Below, one piece after another: positions 47,906 through 64,000 of a stretch of DNA of 64,000 nucleotides. The notes under the pieces were generated by a model that was not told the DNA's origin, ran no database searches, and worked only from the letters and a program-made list of their open reading frames with translations. The stretch comes from Escherichia coli (lineage in GTDB: Bacteria > Pseudomonadota > Gammaproteobacteria > Enterobacterales > Enterobacteriaceae): assembly GCF_013122565.1 (NCBI RefSeq), contig NZ_CP053258.1; one strand, 5' to 3'. The stretch's first letter is position 1, and each line of letters begins with the position of its first letter. Both the position numbers and the translations under genes were made by a program.

Positions 47906-49498
47906 TTATGCCTGGACAGTATGCATCAGACCGGCCATTTCATCTTTTACTGACTGAACTTGTGGCCCGATAACAACCTGCAGGTTATGTTGATTAAGTT
48001 GTACTACGCCAATTGCCCGATTGTCCTTCAGTGCCTGCACATTAACAAGCGACATATCTTTCACAGACAAACGCAGACGGGTAATGCAGTTATCCAGGCT
48101 AACAATATTGTCGGCACCGCCTAATGCTTCGAGGATTGCAGGAACGTTGTAACCTGATTTACCCGGCGCACCGGCAACGGCTTTTTCGATTGAACTGGCA
48201 ACTTCGCTATCGCGTCCCGGGGTTTTCAGATTGAAGCGGGTGATAGCGAAACGGAAGATGACGTAGTAAACGACAAACCAGATTGCCGCCACCACTGGCA
48301 CCATGTACCACTTGGTTGACAGACCATGCAAAATACCGAACACCACAAAGTCGATGATATTGCCGTCGGTATTACCGATGGTGACGCCGAGCACAGACAT
48401 GACGGTGAAGCCGAGGCCGGTTAACAGCGCGTGGATGACATACAGAACTGGCGCTACGAACAGAAACAGGAATTCCAGCGGTTCGGTCGTGCCACCAACG
48501 ACACAGGCGATCAGGCCAGAAATCAGCAGACCTTTAATTTTATGGCGATTTTCCGGGCGCGCACAGTGAAACATCGCTAACGCTGCACCTGGCAGACCGC
48601 CGAGAAACGCAGGCATTTTGCCTTGCGAAAGGAAACGCGTGGCGCTTTCAGAAAAACCGTGAGTGGTCGGGCAACTCAATTGAGCCTGGAAGATGGTCAG
48701 TGCGCCGCTGACGGTTTGACCGCAGACTTCCTGCGTGCCGCCTGCATCGGTAAAGCGAATTAATGCCACCAGAATGTGATGCAGACCAAACGGCAACAGC
48801 AGACGTTCACCGGTACCAAACAGCATCGGTCCGAAATCACCCGCGCTATTGATCATATGGCCTAAGCCGCTAATACCCATGGCGAAAATCGGCCAGACTA
48901 ATGGAATCACCAGGCCGACAAGGCCCATCACCAGCGAGGAGATGATTGGTACGAAGCGCGTACCTCCAAAGAATGCCAGCGCATCCGGCAGGCGGATATT
49001 ATGGAATCGCTCATGCAGCATCCAGACGATAATACCGGCGATCACCGCACCGAGGATCCCGGTGTCGATCGACTGGATCCCAAGAATGCTCTGGATGTTA
49101 TTGGCTTTCAGAACGGCGGCGTCTGTGGTTGGCAGAATGCCTTTATTGGTCAACCAGAAGTTTACCGCGAGGTTCATTACCGCATAACCGACGAAGCCAG
49201 CGAATGCCGCTACGCCTTTGTTTTCGCGTGCCAGGCCCAGCGGGATGGCGATACAGAACATGACTGGCAGGAAACTAAAAGCAAACGAGCCAATCTTACT
49301 CATCCAGGTAAAGATAGCCTGCAACACGGGGTTGCCCAGGACCGGGATTAGGGTGATGACATCGTGGCTACTAAGGGAACTACCAATGCCGAGCATAATG
49401 CCGCAGAACGACAATAATGCCACGGGTAACATGAAGGTTTTGCCTAACTGCTGGAAGAACTCCCACAGCGTGACTTTCGGTGCTGTTTTCGCCGTCAT
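47906..49498 (-). CDS. malX: PTS EIICB component MalX
   Basis: ATG (plus CAT 49496-49498) gives 530 aa MTAKTAPKVTLWEFFQQLGKTFMLPVALL...; ORF-track 651-aa version is a 5' over-extension into the malI-malX control region. Confidence 0.9.
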   Translation of the reverse strand: MTAKTAPKVTLWEFFQQLGKTFMLPVALLSFCGIMLGIGSSLSSHDVITLIPVLGNPVLQAIFTWMSKIGSFAFSFLPVMFCIAIPLGLARENKGVAAFAGFVGYAVMNLAVNFWLTNKGILPTTDAAVLKANNIQSILGIQSIDTGILGAVIAGIIVWMLHERFHNIRLPDALAFFGGTRFVPIISSLVMGLVGLVIPLVWPIFAMGISGLGHMINSAGDFGPMLFGTGERLLLPFGLHHILVALIRFTDAGGTQEVCGQTVSGALTIFQAQLSCPTTHGFSESATRFLSQGKMPAFLGGLPGAALAMFHCARPENRHKIKGLLISGLIACVVGGTTEPLEFLFLFVAPVLYVIHALLTGLGFTVMSVLGVTIGNTDGNIIDFVVFGILHGLSTKWYMVPVVAAIWFVVYYVIFRFAITRFNLKTPGRDSEVASSIEKAVAGAPGKSGYNVPAILEALGGADNIVSLDNCITRLRLSVKDMSLVNVQALKDNRAIGVVQLNQHNLQVVIGPQVQSVKDEMAGLMHTVQA

Positions 49499-49512
49499 AA
49501 AACGACTCCTCA

Positions 49513-50701
<1,189 letters not shown>

Positions 50702-50812
50702 CCCTCTCTTTATCTGCTATACCTGGTAGTGTCCTTTCCTCAAGGTTAATGATAAAAAATGTGGCACACAGGCGGTGCCTTTTATTTTTACTGAAGTTCA
50801 CAGGAGGTTTAT

Positions 50813-51580
50813 GTGTTTAATTCTGACAACCTGAGACTCGACGGAAAATGCGCCATCATCACAGGTGCGGGAGCAGGTATTGGTAAAGAAATCGCCATTA
50901 CATTCGCGACAGCTGGCGCATCTGTGGTGGTCAGTGATATTAACGCCGACGCAGCTAACCATGTTGTAGACGAAATTCAACAACTGGGTGGTCAGGCATT
51001 TGCCTGCCGTTGTGATATTACTTCCGAACAGGAACTCTCTGCACTGGCAGACTTTGCCGTCAGTAAGCTGGGTAAAGTTGATATCCTGGTTAACAACGCC
51101 GGTGGCGGTGGACCTAAACCGTTTGATATGCCAATGGCGGATTTTCGCCGTGCTTATGAACTGAATGTGTTTTCTTTTTTCCATCTGTCACAACTTGTTG
51201 CGCCAGAAATGGAAAAAAATGGCGGTGGCATTATTCTGACCATCACTTCTATGGCGGCAGAAAATAAAAATATAAACATGACTTCTTATGCATCATCTAA
51301 AGCTGCGGCCAGTCATCTGGTCAGAAATATGGCGTTTGACCTGGGTGAAAAAAATATTCGGGTAAATGGCATTGCGCCGGGGGCAATATTAACCGATGCC
51401 CTGAAATCCGTTATTACACCAGAAATTGAACAAAAAATGTTACAGCACACGCCGATCAGACGTCTGGGCCAACCGCAAGATATTGCTAACGCAGCTCTGT
51501 TCCTTTGCTCGCCTGCAGCCAGCTGGGTAAGCGGACAAATTCTCACCGTCTCCGGTGGTGGGGTACAGGAGCTCAATTAA
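50813..51580 (+). CDS. hdhA: 7-alpha-hydroxysteroid dehydrogenase (SDR family)
   Basis: ORF track 255 aa starting at GTG 50813 after GGAGG; MFNSDNLRLDGKCAIITGAGAGIGKEIA matches HdhA. Confidence 0.92.
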   Translation: MFNSDNLRLDGKCAIITGAGAGIGKEIAITFATAGASVVVSDINADAANHVVDEIQQLGGQAFACRCDITSEQELSALADFAVSKLGKVDILVNNAGGGGPKPFDMPMADFRRAYELNVFSFFHLSQLVAPEMEKNGGGIILTITSMAAENKNINMTSYASSKAAASHLVRNMAFDLGEKNIRVNGIAPGAILTDALKSVITPEIEQKMLQHTPIRRLGQPQDIANAALFLCSPAASWVSGQILTVSGGGVQELN

Positions 51581-51680
51581 TACACTAACGAACCGGTAAA
51601 CAGCCGTATGTGTTGTTTACCGGGATAGCGTGTGCAATTCATCAACGTCTCTGCTAAACAACTGGCAGCCAAATTACGGC

Positions 51681-51696
51681 TATTGGTTAACCAATA
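51681..51696. promoter_or_regulatory. 16-bp perfect palindrome upstream of uidR, candidate UidR (TetR-type) operator
   Basis: TATTGGTTAACCAATA; half-site ATTGGTTAAC recurs upstream of uidA at 52725-52735. Confidence 0.45.
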
Positions 51697-51808
51697 ACTG
51701 GATGAAAAGCATACGAATAGAGTGTGCCTTCGCACTATTCAACAGCAATGATAGGCGCTCACCTGACAACGCGGTAAACTAGTTATTCATGCTAACTATA
51801 ATGATTTA

Positions 51809-52399
51809 ATGATGGATAACATGCAGACTGAAGCACAACCGACACGGACCCGGATCCTCAATGCTGCCAGAGAGATTTTTTCAGAAAATGGATTTCACAG
51901 TGCCTCGATGAAAGCCATCTGTAAATCTTGCGCCATTAGTCCCGGGACGCTCTATCACCATTTCATCTCCAAAGAAGCCTTGATTCAGGCGATTATCTTA
52001 CAGGACCAGGAGAGGGCGCTGGCCCGTTTTCGGGAACCGATTGAAGGGATTCATTTTGTTGACTATATGGTTGAGTCTATTGTCTCTCTCACCCATGAAG
52101 CCTTTGGGCAACGGGCGCTGGTGGTCGAAATTATGGCGGAAGGGATGCGTAACCCACAGGTCGCCGCCATGCTTAAAAATAAGCATATGACGATCACGGA
52201 GTTTGTTGCCCAACGGATGCGTGATGCCCAGCAAAAAGGCGAAATAAGCCCAGAAATCAACACGGCAATGACTTCACGTTTACTGCTGGATCTGACCTAC
52301 GGTGTACTGGCCGATATCGAAGCGGAAGACCTGGCGCGCGAAGCGTCGTTTGCTCAGGGATTACGCGCGATGATTGGCGGTATCTTAACCGCATCCTGA
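51809..52399 (+). CDS. uidR: TetR-family repressor of the glucuronide (uid) operon
   Basis: ORF track 196 aa; TetR HTH; upstream of uidA. Confidence 0.9.
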   Translation: MMDNMQTEAQPTRTRILNAAREIFSENGFHSASMKAICKSCAISPGTLYHHFISKEALIQAIILQDQERALARFREPIEGIHFVDYMVESIVSLTHEAFGQRALVVEIMAEGMRNPQVAAMLKNKHMTITEFVAQRMRDAQQKGEISPEINTAMTSRLLLDLTYGVLADIEAEDLAREASFAQGLRAMIGGILTAS

Positions 52400-52734
52400 T
52401 CCTCTTATTTCGCGGGCTGGTGATAACTGTGCCCGCGTTTCATATCGTAATTTCTCTGTGCAAAAATTATCCTCCCCGGGTTTGGAGAATTCCCCCCAAA
52501 ATATTCACCATAGCCATATGTCATGAGAGTTTATCGTTCCTAATACGCCCGAACGAACGTTCGATTGCTTATTTTATGGCTTCTGTCAACGCTGTTTTAA
52601 AGATTAATGCGATCAATATCACGCTGTGGGTATTGCAGTTTTTGGTTTTTTGATCGCGGTGTCAGTTCTTTTTATTTCCATTTCTCTTCCATGGGTTTCT
52701 CACAGATAACTGTGTGCAACACAGAATTGGTTAA

Positions 52735-55967
<3,233 letters not shown>

Positions 55968-56005
55968 TATTCAATAAAAATAATCAGAACATCAAAGGTG
56001 CAACT

Positions 56006-57271
56006 ATGAGAAAAATAGTGGCCATGGCCGTTATTTGCCTGACGGCTGCCTCTGGCCTTACCTCTGCTTACGCGGCGCAACTGGCTGACGATGAAGCGGG
56101 ACTACGCATCAGACTGAAAAACGAATTGCGCAGGGCTGATAAGCCCAGTGCTGGCGCGGGAAGAGATATTTACGCATGGGTACAGGGAGGATTGCTCGAT
56201 TTCAATAGTGGTTATTATTCCAATATTATTGGCGTTGAAGGCGGAGCGTATTATGTTTATAAATTAGGTGCTCGTGCTGATATGAGTACCCGGTGGTATC
56301 TTGATGGTGATAAAAGTTTTGGCTTTGCCCTGGGGGCAGTAAAAATAAAACCCAGTGAAAATAGCCTGCTTAAATTAGGTCGCTTCGGGACGGATTATAG
56401 TTATGGTAGCTTACCTTATCGTATTCCGTTAATGGCTGGCAGTTCGCAACGTACATTACCGACAGTTTCTGAAGGAGCATTAGGTTATTGGGCTTTAACG
56501 CCAAATATTGATCTGTGGGGAATGTGGCGTTCACGAGTATTTTTATGGACCGATTCAACAACCGGTATTCGTGATGAAGGGGTGTATAACAGCCAGACGG
56601 GAAAATACGATAAACATCGCGCACGTTCTTTTTTAGCCGCCAGTTGGCATGATGATACCAGTCGCTATTCTCTGGGGGCATCGGTACAGAAAGATGTTTC
56701 CAGTCAGATACAAAGTATTCTCGAGAAAAGCATACCGCTCGACCCGAATTATACGTTGAAAGGAGAGTTGCTCGGCTTTTACGCGCAACTCGAAGGTTTA
56801 AGTCGTAATACCAGCCAGCCCAATGAAACGGCGTTGGTTAGTGGACAATTGACCTGGAATGCGCCGTGGGGAAGCGTATTTGGCAGTGGTGGTTATTTGC
56901 GCCATGCAATGAATGGTGCCGTGGTGGATACCGACATTGGCTATCCCTTTTCATTAAGTCTTGATCGTAACCGTGAAGGAATGCAGTCCTGGCAATTGGG
57001 CGTCAACTATCGTTTAACTCCGCAATTTACACTGACATTTGCACCGATTGTGACTCGCGGCTATGAATCCAGTAAACGAGATGTGCGGATTGAAGGCGCG
57101 GGTATCTTAGGTGGTATGAACTATCGGGTCAGCGAAGGGCCGTTACAGGGGATGAATTTCTTTCTTGCTGCCGATAAAGGGCGGGAAAAGCGCGATGGCA
57201 GTACGCTGGGCGATCGCCTGAATTACTGGGATGTGAAAATGAGCATTCAGTATGACTTTATGCTGAAGTAA
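56006..57271 (+). CDS. uidC: outer membrane porin for glucuronides
   Basis: ORF track 421 aa; signal peptide, beta-barrel-like C-terminal ...YDFMLK; third gene of uid operon. Confidence 0.9.
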   Translation: MRKIVAMAVICLTAASGLTSAYAAQLADDEAGLRIRLKNELRRADKPSAGAGRDIYAWVQGGLLDFNSGYYSNIIGVEGGAYYVYKLGARADMSTRWYLDGDKSFGFALGAVKIKPSENSLLKLGRFGTDYSYGSLPYRIPLMAGSSQRTLPTVSEGALGYWALTPNIDLWGMWRSRVFLWTDSTTGIRDEGVYNSQTGKYDKHRARSFLAASWHDDTSRYSLGASVQKDVSSQIQSILEKSIPLDPNYTLKGELLGFYAQLEGLSRNTSQPNETALVSGQLTWNAPWGSVFGSGGYLRHAMNGAVVDTDIGYPFSLSLDRNREGMQSWQLGVNYRLTPQFTLTFAPIVTRGYESSKRDVRIEGAGILGGMNYRVSEGPLQGMNFFLAADKGREKRDGSTLGDRLNYWDVKMSIQYDFMLK

Positions 57272-57276
57272 GAAAA

Positions 57277-57304
57277 ACGCCGGAGAGAAAATTCTCCGGC
57301 GTTT
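57277..57304. terminator. Hairpin terminator-like element after uidC (first copy of a 28-bp direct repeat)
   Basis: ACGCCGGAGAGAAAATTCTCCGGCGTTT; stem CGCCGGAGA/TCTCCGGCG flanked by A-run on one side and T-run on the other (bidirectional potential). Confidence 0.55.
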
Positions 57305-57334
57305 CAGATTGTTGACAAAGTGCGCGTTTTTTAT

Positions 57335-57431
57335 GCCGGATGCGGCGTAAACGCCTTATCCAGCCTACAAAAGCTCATAAATTCAAAATGTTGCAGGAAA
57401 AGGTAGGCCTGATAAGCGTAGCGCATCAGGC
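57335..57431. repeat. BIME: two REP units in inverted orientation between uidC and ydgA
   Basis: GCCGGATGCGGCGTAAACGCCTTATCCAGCCTAC ... GTAGGCCTGATAAGCGTAGCGCATCAGGC. Confidence 0.8.
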
Positions 57432-57457
57432 AATCTCTGGTTTGTAATCAGACGAAT

Positions 57458-57485
57458 ACGCCGGAGTGAAAATTCTCCGGCGTTT
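57458..57485. terminator. Hairpin terminator-like element near ydgA 3' end (second copy of the 28-bp direct repeat)
   Basis: ACGCCGGAGTGAAAATTCTCCGGCGTTT followed by TTGG; 27/28 identical to copy at 57277. Confidence 0.5.
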
Positions 57486-57495
57486 TGGCCGTGAA

Positions 57496-59004
57496 TTACT
57501 GCTGCGGAATTGCCGGTACAGCCGGAACGTTAAGAGCTGGCATCGCAAACATGCCAACAAAATCTTCTAACGACATTTTCTGCCCGTTTAACGTGATCTG
57601 ACCGTTAGTATATTGCAGGCTGGTGGTGATGGTATTGTCCTGCAAGGTGGTCAGACGGAACATCTGCCCCATTGCTGATGCACCTTCAACTTGCTGTTTC
57701 GCCAGTTTTTTCGCTTGATCTTCCTGATAACCTTCCAGCTTCGCTACCTGAGTCATCAACTCAGTTGCCATATCCACCGGAATGGTCAGTTTCGCATCCA
57801 GAGATTTAACCGAACGATCTACTTCCTGCGCCAGCGTTTGCGGCGCTTCTTTAGTCGTTGCCGGATCTTTCAGGAACAGCGACAGATTCAGTGCACTTTC
57901 ACCCTGACTGTTTTTCCAGCTTAGTGGCGCGATAGTAATCACCGGATCGCCTTTCAACATCAGCGGCAGGGCGCTAAAGAAGGCTTCCGTCACTTTCTCC
58001 TGATAAAGTTCTGGATTGTTGGCAATTTCTGGCTGTGCCAGCAGCGCCTGAGTTTGCGCGTTATATTGCTGGCTAAACTGATGCCAGGCTTCGCCATCAA
58101 TTTGGCCGACTTTTAAAGTCAGCTTGCCGCTGCCCAGATCCTGATTCTGTACCTTCAGGCTGTTTAGCGAGTAATCCAGTTGGCTATTGATCGTTTTACC
58201 GTCATTGACCAGATCCGATTTACCGCTGATCTCCATGCCTTCCAGCAGTGCCAGTTCTTTGCCTTCCACTGAAATGGTCATTTTTTCCAGTGACAGTTTT
58301 TGATTTCCTACGCGCTCACCAAAACTTGCCAGCGTGCTGGAACCGTCGGTTTTCAGATTATTAAAGGTCAACTGTACTTTCTGGTTGTATTCGTTAACCG
58401 CGTCTATCCGACCACTTTGCGCCTCCCCGGAAAGGGAGATAGCTTTGCCGTCTCTGTCTGCATTTAACTGGAACTCGCCGCCGCTAAAGGCGACTTTTTC
58501 ATCCTTTTGCTCGTAATTCAGTGGCTTGAGCGAAATATCGGAACTGGAATCTCCGCTGTAACCAATGCGGGAGTTAATCTCAAAAGGCGTTTCACCTTTT
58601 GCCATATCAAACAGTGGCTTGCTAACTTCATTATTAACCAGCGTGGTTTGAATTGATGCCATCGACGGGATCAGGTTCAGTTTTTTTAGCTGGGCAAGGG
58701 GGAAGGGACCATGATCAACCGATTCGTTGAAGATGACGCTCTGACCGCTTTTAATCCACGGATTTTCTTTCCCGGCAATGGGTTTCACCAACAGTTGCAG
58801 CTGACTGCTGAATACGCCGCGATGATAGTTTTGATAACTCACTTCCAGGTTGGATTCAGGAGCGGTCAGTTTGAGTTGCGCGTTCGCCTGCGCGACCATG
58901 TCTTCGAGATGGGTTTCAATCTTCTTGCCTGTATACCATGCGCCGCCTGTCCAGACTACGCCTAGCGCAACAATGACGCCTACCGCTACCAGCGATTTAT
59001 TCAT
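57496..59004 (-). CDS. ydgA: DUF945-family protein YdgA
   Basis: ORF track 502 aa; N-terminal signal/anchor; matches E. coli YdgA length and position. Confidence 0.85.
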   Translation of the reverse strand: MNKSLVAVGVIVALGVVWTGGAWYTGKKIETHLEDMVAQANAQLKLTAPESNLEVSYQNYHRGVFSSQLQLLVKPIAGKENPWIKSGQSVIFNESVDHGPFPLAQLKKLNLIPSMASIQTTLVNNEVSKPLFDMAKGETPFEINSRIGYSGDSSSDISLKPLNYEQKDEKVAFSGGEFQLNADRDGKAISLSGEAQSGRIDAVNEYNQKVQLTFNNLKTDGSSTLASFGERVGNQKLSLEKMTISVEGKELALLEGMEISGKSDLVNDGKTINSQLDYSLNSLKVQNQDLGSGKLTLKVGQIDGEAWHQFSQQYNAQTQALLAQPEIANNPELYQEKVTEAFFSALPLMLKGDPVITIAPLSWKNSQGESALNLSLFLKDPATTKEAPQTLAQEVDRSVKSLDAKLTIPVDMATELMTQVAKLEGYQEDQAKKLAKQQVEGASAMGQMFRLTTLQDNTITTSLQYTNGQITLNGQKMSLEDFVGMFAMPALNVPAVPAIPQQ

Positions 59005-59104
59005 AATGATTATCCATAAAATGAAATCAGGCGGACTGGCCGCCTGAAGGTGTTATAAGCCTTTAATAAGCTTAGCAAGAGATGTTAATTTTTTCAGTAA
59101 GCTC

Positions 59105-60280
59105 TTACAGCTTGTTGTAAACACGCGCTAAACGGCCGTGGCCTTTGACAGTCACCGGTGATTCGTTGGCGGCAATAAACGCTGATTCACCCGATTTAAG
59201 CTGTAACTGCTGAGAACCTTTCCACAACGTTGCATCGCCTTCGACGCAGAACAAAATGGCGGCACTCTGCTGGCTAATGGTGGTTTCTTTATCACTAAGG
59301 TCATGCAGCGAGAAGGCAAAATCATCCACAGGAATCGGGAAGTCCAGTTCTGCACCTTGTTTCACCGGCTGGGTCAACAACTGGTTAGCCGGTTTGGCTT
59401 CGAACTTCACATTGGCAACCAGTTCCGGAATATCAATGTATTTAGGCGTCAGACCCGCACGCAGCACGTTATCGGAGTTCGCCATCACTTCCAGCGCCAC
59501 GCCTTGCAGGTAAGCGTGCGGCGTTTCAGCGAACAGGAACATCGCTTCGCCAGGATTCAATTTCACCACATTCAGCAACAGCGGGGAGAACAGACCGCTG
59601 TCATCCGGGTAAAATTCAGAAATTAAACGAATCGTTTGCCACGGTTCACCCTGCTGACTGTCGAGCGCCGATTTTAAAATCGCCAGCGCGCGGGATTTTT
59701 CTTCACCCTGCATATTCAACAGGCTGGCGAACAGTTCGCTTAAACGTTCGGCATTAGGCTGTTGTAAAAAGTGAGCAATTGCCGGATGTGCACCTGCGAC
59801 TGGCTGGAGTAGGGAGACAATCTCGGAAAACTCACGAAACGCGTTCATCGCAAGGAAAGGCGTCAGCGCAAAAACCAGCTCCGGCTTGTGGTTAGGATCT
59901 TTATAGTTACGCTCGGCGGCATCCATCGGGATACCTGCGGCATTTTCTTTGGCAAAACCGATTTCAGAATTGCGTTTGTTTGGATGAACCTGAATGGAGA
60001 GCGGCTGTGCTGCGCATAATACTTTGAACAGGAAAGGCAGTTCGCCAAAGCGTTTGGCAACGGCCTCTCCGAGCAGAGTCGATTTATCACTCTCAATCAC
60101 ATCACGCAGTGAAACGATATCTCCGGCGGCATTCTGCACTCGTGAACTGCTTTTCGGATGTGCGCCCATCCACAGCTCGGCCATCGGCTGGCTGGACGGA
60201 TTTTCCATACCATAAAGTTCAGTCAACGCCGTTTTGCTGCCCCAGGCATAGTTTTGCACTGAGTTAATGAGTTTTTGCAT
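59105..60280 (-). CDS. manA: mannose-6-phosphate isomerase
   Basis: ATG (plus CAT 60278-60280) gives 391 aa MQKLINSVQNYAWGSKTALTELYGMENPSSQPMAELWMGAHPKSSS; ORF-track start is a 26-codon extension. Confidence 0.95.
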   Translation of the reverse strand: MQKLINSVQNYAWGSKTALTELYGMENPSSQPMAELWMGAHPKSSSRVQNAAGDIVSLRDVIESDKSTLLGEAVAKRFGELPFLFKVLCAAQPLSIQVHPNKRNSEIGFAKENAAGIPMDAAERNYKDPNHKPELVFALTPFLAMNAFREFSEIVSLLQPVAGAHPAIAHFLQQPNAERLSELFASLLNMQGEEKSRALAILKSALDSQQGEPWQTIRLISEFYPDDSGLFSPLLLNVVKLNPGEAMFLFAETPHAYLQGVALEVMANSDNVLRAGLTPKYIDIPELVANVKFEAKPANQLLTQPVKQGAELDFPIPVDDFAFSLHDLSDKETTISQQSAAILFCVEGDATLWKGSQQLQLKSGESAFIAANESPVTVKGHGRLARVYNKL

Positions 60281-60478
60281 GATCAATCCCTGTTTTAATG
60301 TGGAAATTAATCCCGCTATTAAAGCAAGAATCCTACGGGAAGTAACCTGGAGCCGCAAAAAGTCGTACTAGTCTCAGTTTTTGTTAAAAAAGTGTGTAGG
60401 ATATTGTTACTCGCTTTTAACAGGGCAACGGAACACCCGCCCAGAGCATAACCAAACCAGGCAGTAAGTGAGAGAACA

Positions 60479-62125
60479 ATGTCAAACAAACCCTTTCATT
60501 ATCAGGCTCCTTTTCCACTCAAAAAAGATGATACTGAGTATTACCTGCTAACCAGCGAACACGTTAGCGTATCTGAATTTGAAGGGCAGGAGATTTTGAA
60601 AGTCGCACCCGAAGCGTTAACTCTGTTGGCGCGTCAGGCGTTTCATGATGCGTCATTTATGCTGCGTCCGGCTCACCAACAACAGGTGGCCGACATTCTG
60701 CGTGACCCGGAAGCCAGCGAAAATGATAAATATGTGGCGCTGCAATTCCTGCGCAACTCCGACATAGCGGCGAAAGGCGTTCTGCCAACCTGTCAGGATA
60801 CCGGCACTGCGATTATTGTTGGTAAAAAAGGGCAGCGTGTATGGACCGGTGGCGGTGATGAAGCGGCGCTGGCGCGCGGTGTTTATAACACTTATATCGA
60901 AGATAATCTGCGCTACTCGCAAAACGCGCCGCTGGATATGTATAAAGAGGTGAATACCGGCACCAATCTACCAGCGCAGATCGATCTTTATGCCGTTGAT
61001 GGCGACGAGTACAAATTCCTCTGTATCGCCAAAGGTGGTGGTTCGGCAAACAAGACGTATCTCTATCAGGAAACCAAAGCGTTACTAACGCCGGGGAAAC
61101 TGAAAAATTACCTGGTTGAGAAGATGCGCACGCTGGGTACGGCGGCCTGTCCTCCGTATCATATTGCGTTCGTTATTGGTGGAACTTCTGCAGAAACGAA
61201 CCTTAAAACGGTGAAACTGGCTTCCGCTAAATACTATGATGAACTGCCAACGGAAGGGAATGAGCACGGACAGGCGTTCCGCGATGTGGAACTGGAAAAA
61301 GAATTGCTGATCGAAGCGCAAAATCTTGGTCTGGGTGCGCAGTTTGGTGGTAAATACTTCGCTCACGACATCCGCGTGATTCGCCTGCCACGTCACGGCG
61401 CATCCTGCCCGGTCGGTATGGGCGTCTCCTGTTCTGCTGACCGTAATATCAAAGCGAAGATCAACCGTCAGGGGATCTGGATCGAAAAACTGGAACATAA
61501 TCCAGGCAAATATATCCCGGAAGAGCTGCGCAAAGCGGGAGAAGGTGAAGCGGTGCGCGTTGACCTTAACCGTCCGATGAAAGAGATCCTCGCCCAGTTG
61601 TCGCAGTATCCCGTTTCTACACGCTTATCGCTTAACGGCACGATTATCGTCGGTCGTGATATTGCTCACGCCAAACTGAAAGAGCGGATGGATAACGGTG
61701 AAGGGCTGCCGCAGTACATTAAAGATCATCCGATTTACTATGCGGGTCCGGCCAAAACGCCGGAAGGTTATGCCTCCGGTTCTCTTGGCCCAACGACCGC
61801 CGGACGGATGGATTCTTATGTCGATCAACTGCAAGCGCAGGGCGGAAGTATGATCATGCTGGCGAAAGGCAACCGCAGCCAGCAGGTGACGGATGCCTGT
61901 AAAAAACACGGTGGCTTCTACCTTGGCAGTATCGGTGGTCCGGCCGCTGTATTGGCGCAGGGTAGTATTAAGAGCCTGGAATGTGTTGAATATCCGGAAC
62001 TGGGAATGGAAGCCATCTGGAAAATTGAAGTGGAAGATTTCCCGGCGTTTATTCTTGTGGATGATAAAGGAAATGACTTCTTCCAGCAGATACAACTCAC
62101 ACAATGCACCCGCTGTGTGAAATAA
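60479..62125 (+). CDS. fumA: fumarate hydratase class I (Fe-S dependent)
   Basis: ORF track 548 aa; [31 protein letters not shown] matches FumA. Confidence 0.95.
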   Translation: MSNKPFHYQAPFPLKKDDTEYYLLTSEHVSVSEFEGQEILKVAPEALTLLARQAFHDASFMLRPAHQQQVADILRDPEASENDKYVALQFLRNSDIAAKGVLPTCQDTGTAIIVGKKGQRVWTGGGDEAALARGVYNTYIEDNLRYSQNAPLDMYKEVNTGTNLPAQIDLYAVDGDEYKFLCIAKGGGSANKTYLYQETKALLTPGKLKNYLVEKMRTLGTAACPPYHIAFVIGGTSAETNLKTVKLASAKYYDELPTEGNEHGQAFRDVELEKELLIEAQNLGLGAQFGGKYFAHDIRVIRLPRHGASCPVGMGVSCSADRNIKAKINRQGIWIEKLEHNPGKYIPEELRKAGEGEAVRVDLNRPMKEILAQLSQYPVSTRLSLNGTIIVGRDIAHAKLKERMDNGEGLPQYIKDHPIYYAGPAKTPEGYASGSLGPTTAGRMDSYVDQLQAQGGSMIMLAKGNRSQQVTDACKKHGGFYLGSIGGPAAVLAQGSIKSLECVEYPELGMEAIWKIEVEDFPAFILVDDKGNDFFQQIQLTQCTRCVK

Positions 62126-62130
62126 ACAGA

Positions 62131-62157
62131 GCCGCCCTTCGGGGCGGTTTTTTTACA
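62131..62157 (+). terminator. Intrinsic terminator after fumA
   Basis: GCCGCCC-TTCG-GGGCGG stem-loop followed by TTTTTTT immediately after fumA stop. Confidence 0.75.
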
Positions 62158-62267
62158 TGGCACGAAAGACCAAACATTTGTTATCAAATGGTAAATAATG
62201 AGTGAGCTAAAAGTTGCTTAACGAAAGCAAAACAGAAAGAAAAAATTAATCAGGTGAGGAGCAGGCC

Positions 62268-64000
<1,733 letters not shown>

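Noticed and set aside
59029-59048. Hairpin CAGGCGGACTGGCCGCCTG between manA and ydgA as a manA terminator
   Set aside because: The stem-loop is real but sits only about 25 nt upstream of the ydgA start codon and lacks a clean T-run; too ambiguous to call

Overview
This window is an ordinary, gene-dense stretch of Escherichia coli core chromosome, and I found no evidence of a novel or horizontally acquired system in it. It runs, in reverse orientation to K-12 numbering, from the 3' end of ydhT through ydhS-ydhR, the tandem tRNA-Val pair, ydhQ, mdtK, ribC, cfa, punC/punR, purR, ydhP, sodB, mepH, grxD, lhr-rnt, gloA-nemA-nemR, ydhL-ydhF, sodC, ydhKJI, slyA/slyB, anmK, mliC, pdxH-tyrS-pdxY, gstA, dtpA, nth-rsxEGDCBA, ydgK, cnu, blr, ydgJ, add, malYX/malI, hdhA, uidRABC, ydgA, manA, fumA and fumC to the 3' end of tus. 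I call 61 protein-coding genes (two truncated by the window edges), 2 tRNA genes, REP/BIME repeats, one intragenic tandem-repeat array, several operator-like palindromes and a few intrinsic terminators. Every gene appears intact and of the expected length. I saw no IS element, integrase, phage gene, CRISPR array or obvious foreign insertion. The more noteworthy observations are a 96-bp tandem-repeat array inside rsxC with an apparent copy-number difference from K-12, the poorly characterised ydhIJK efflux-like operon next to a SlyA palindrome, the barrel-less autotransporter-like ydhQ beside the tRNA-Val pair, a duplicated 28-bp hairpin flanking a BIME between uidC and ydgA, and a candidate 25-codon small ORF between cnu and blr. 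Gene identities rest on the supplied ORF track plus recognition of the protein sequences from memory; no database search or alignment was run, so names and reference lengths need confirming by BLAST against E. coli K-12 MG1655.
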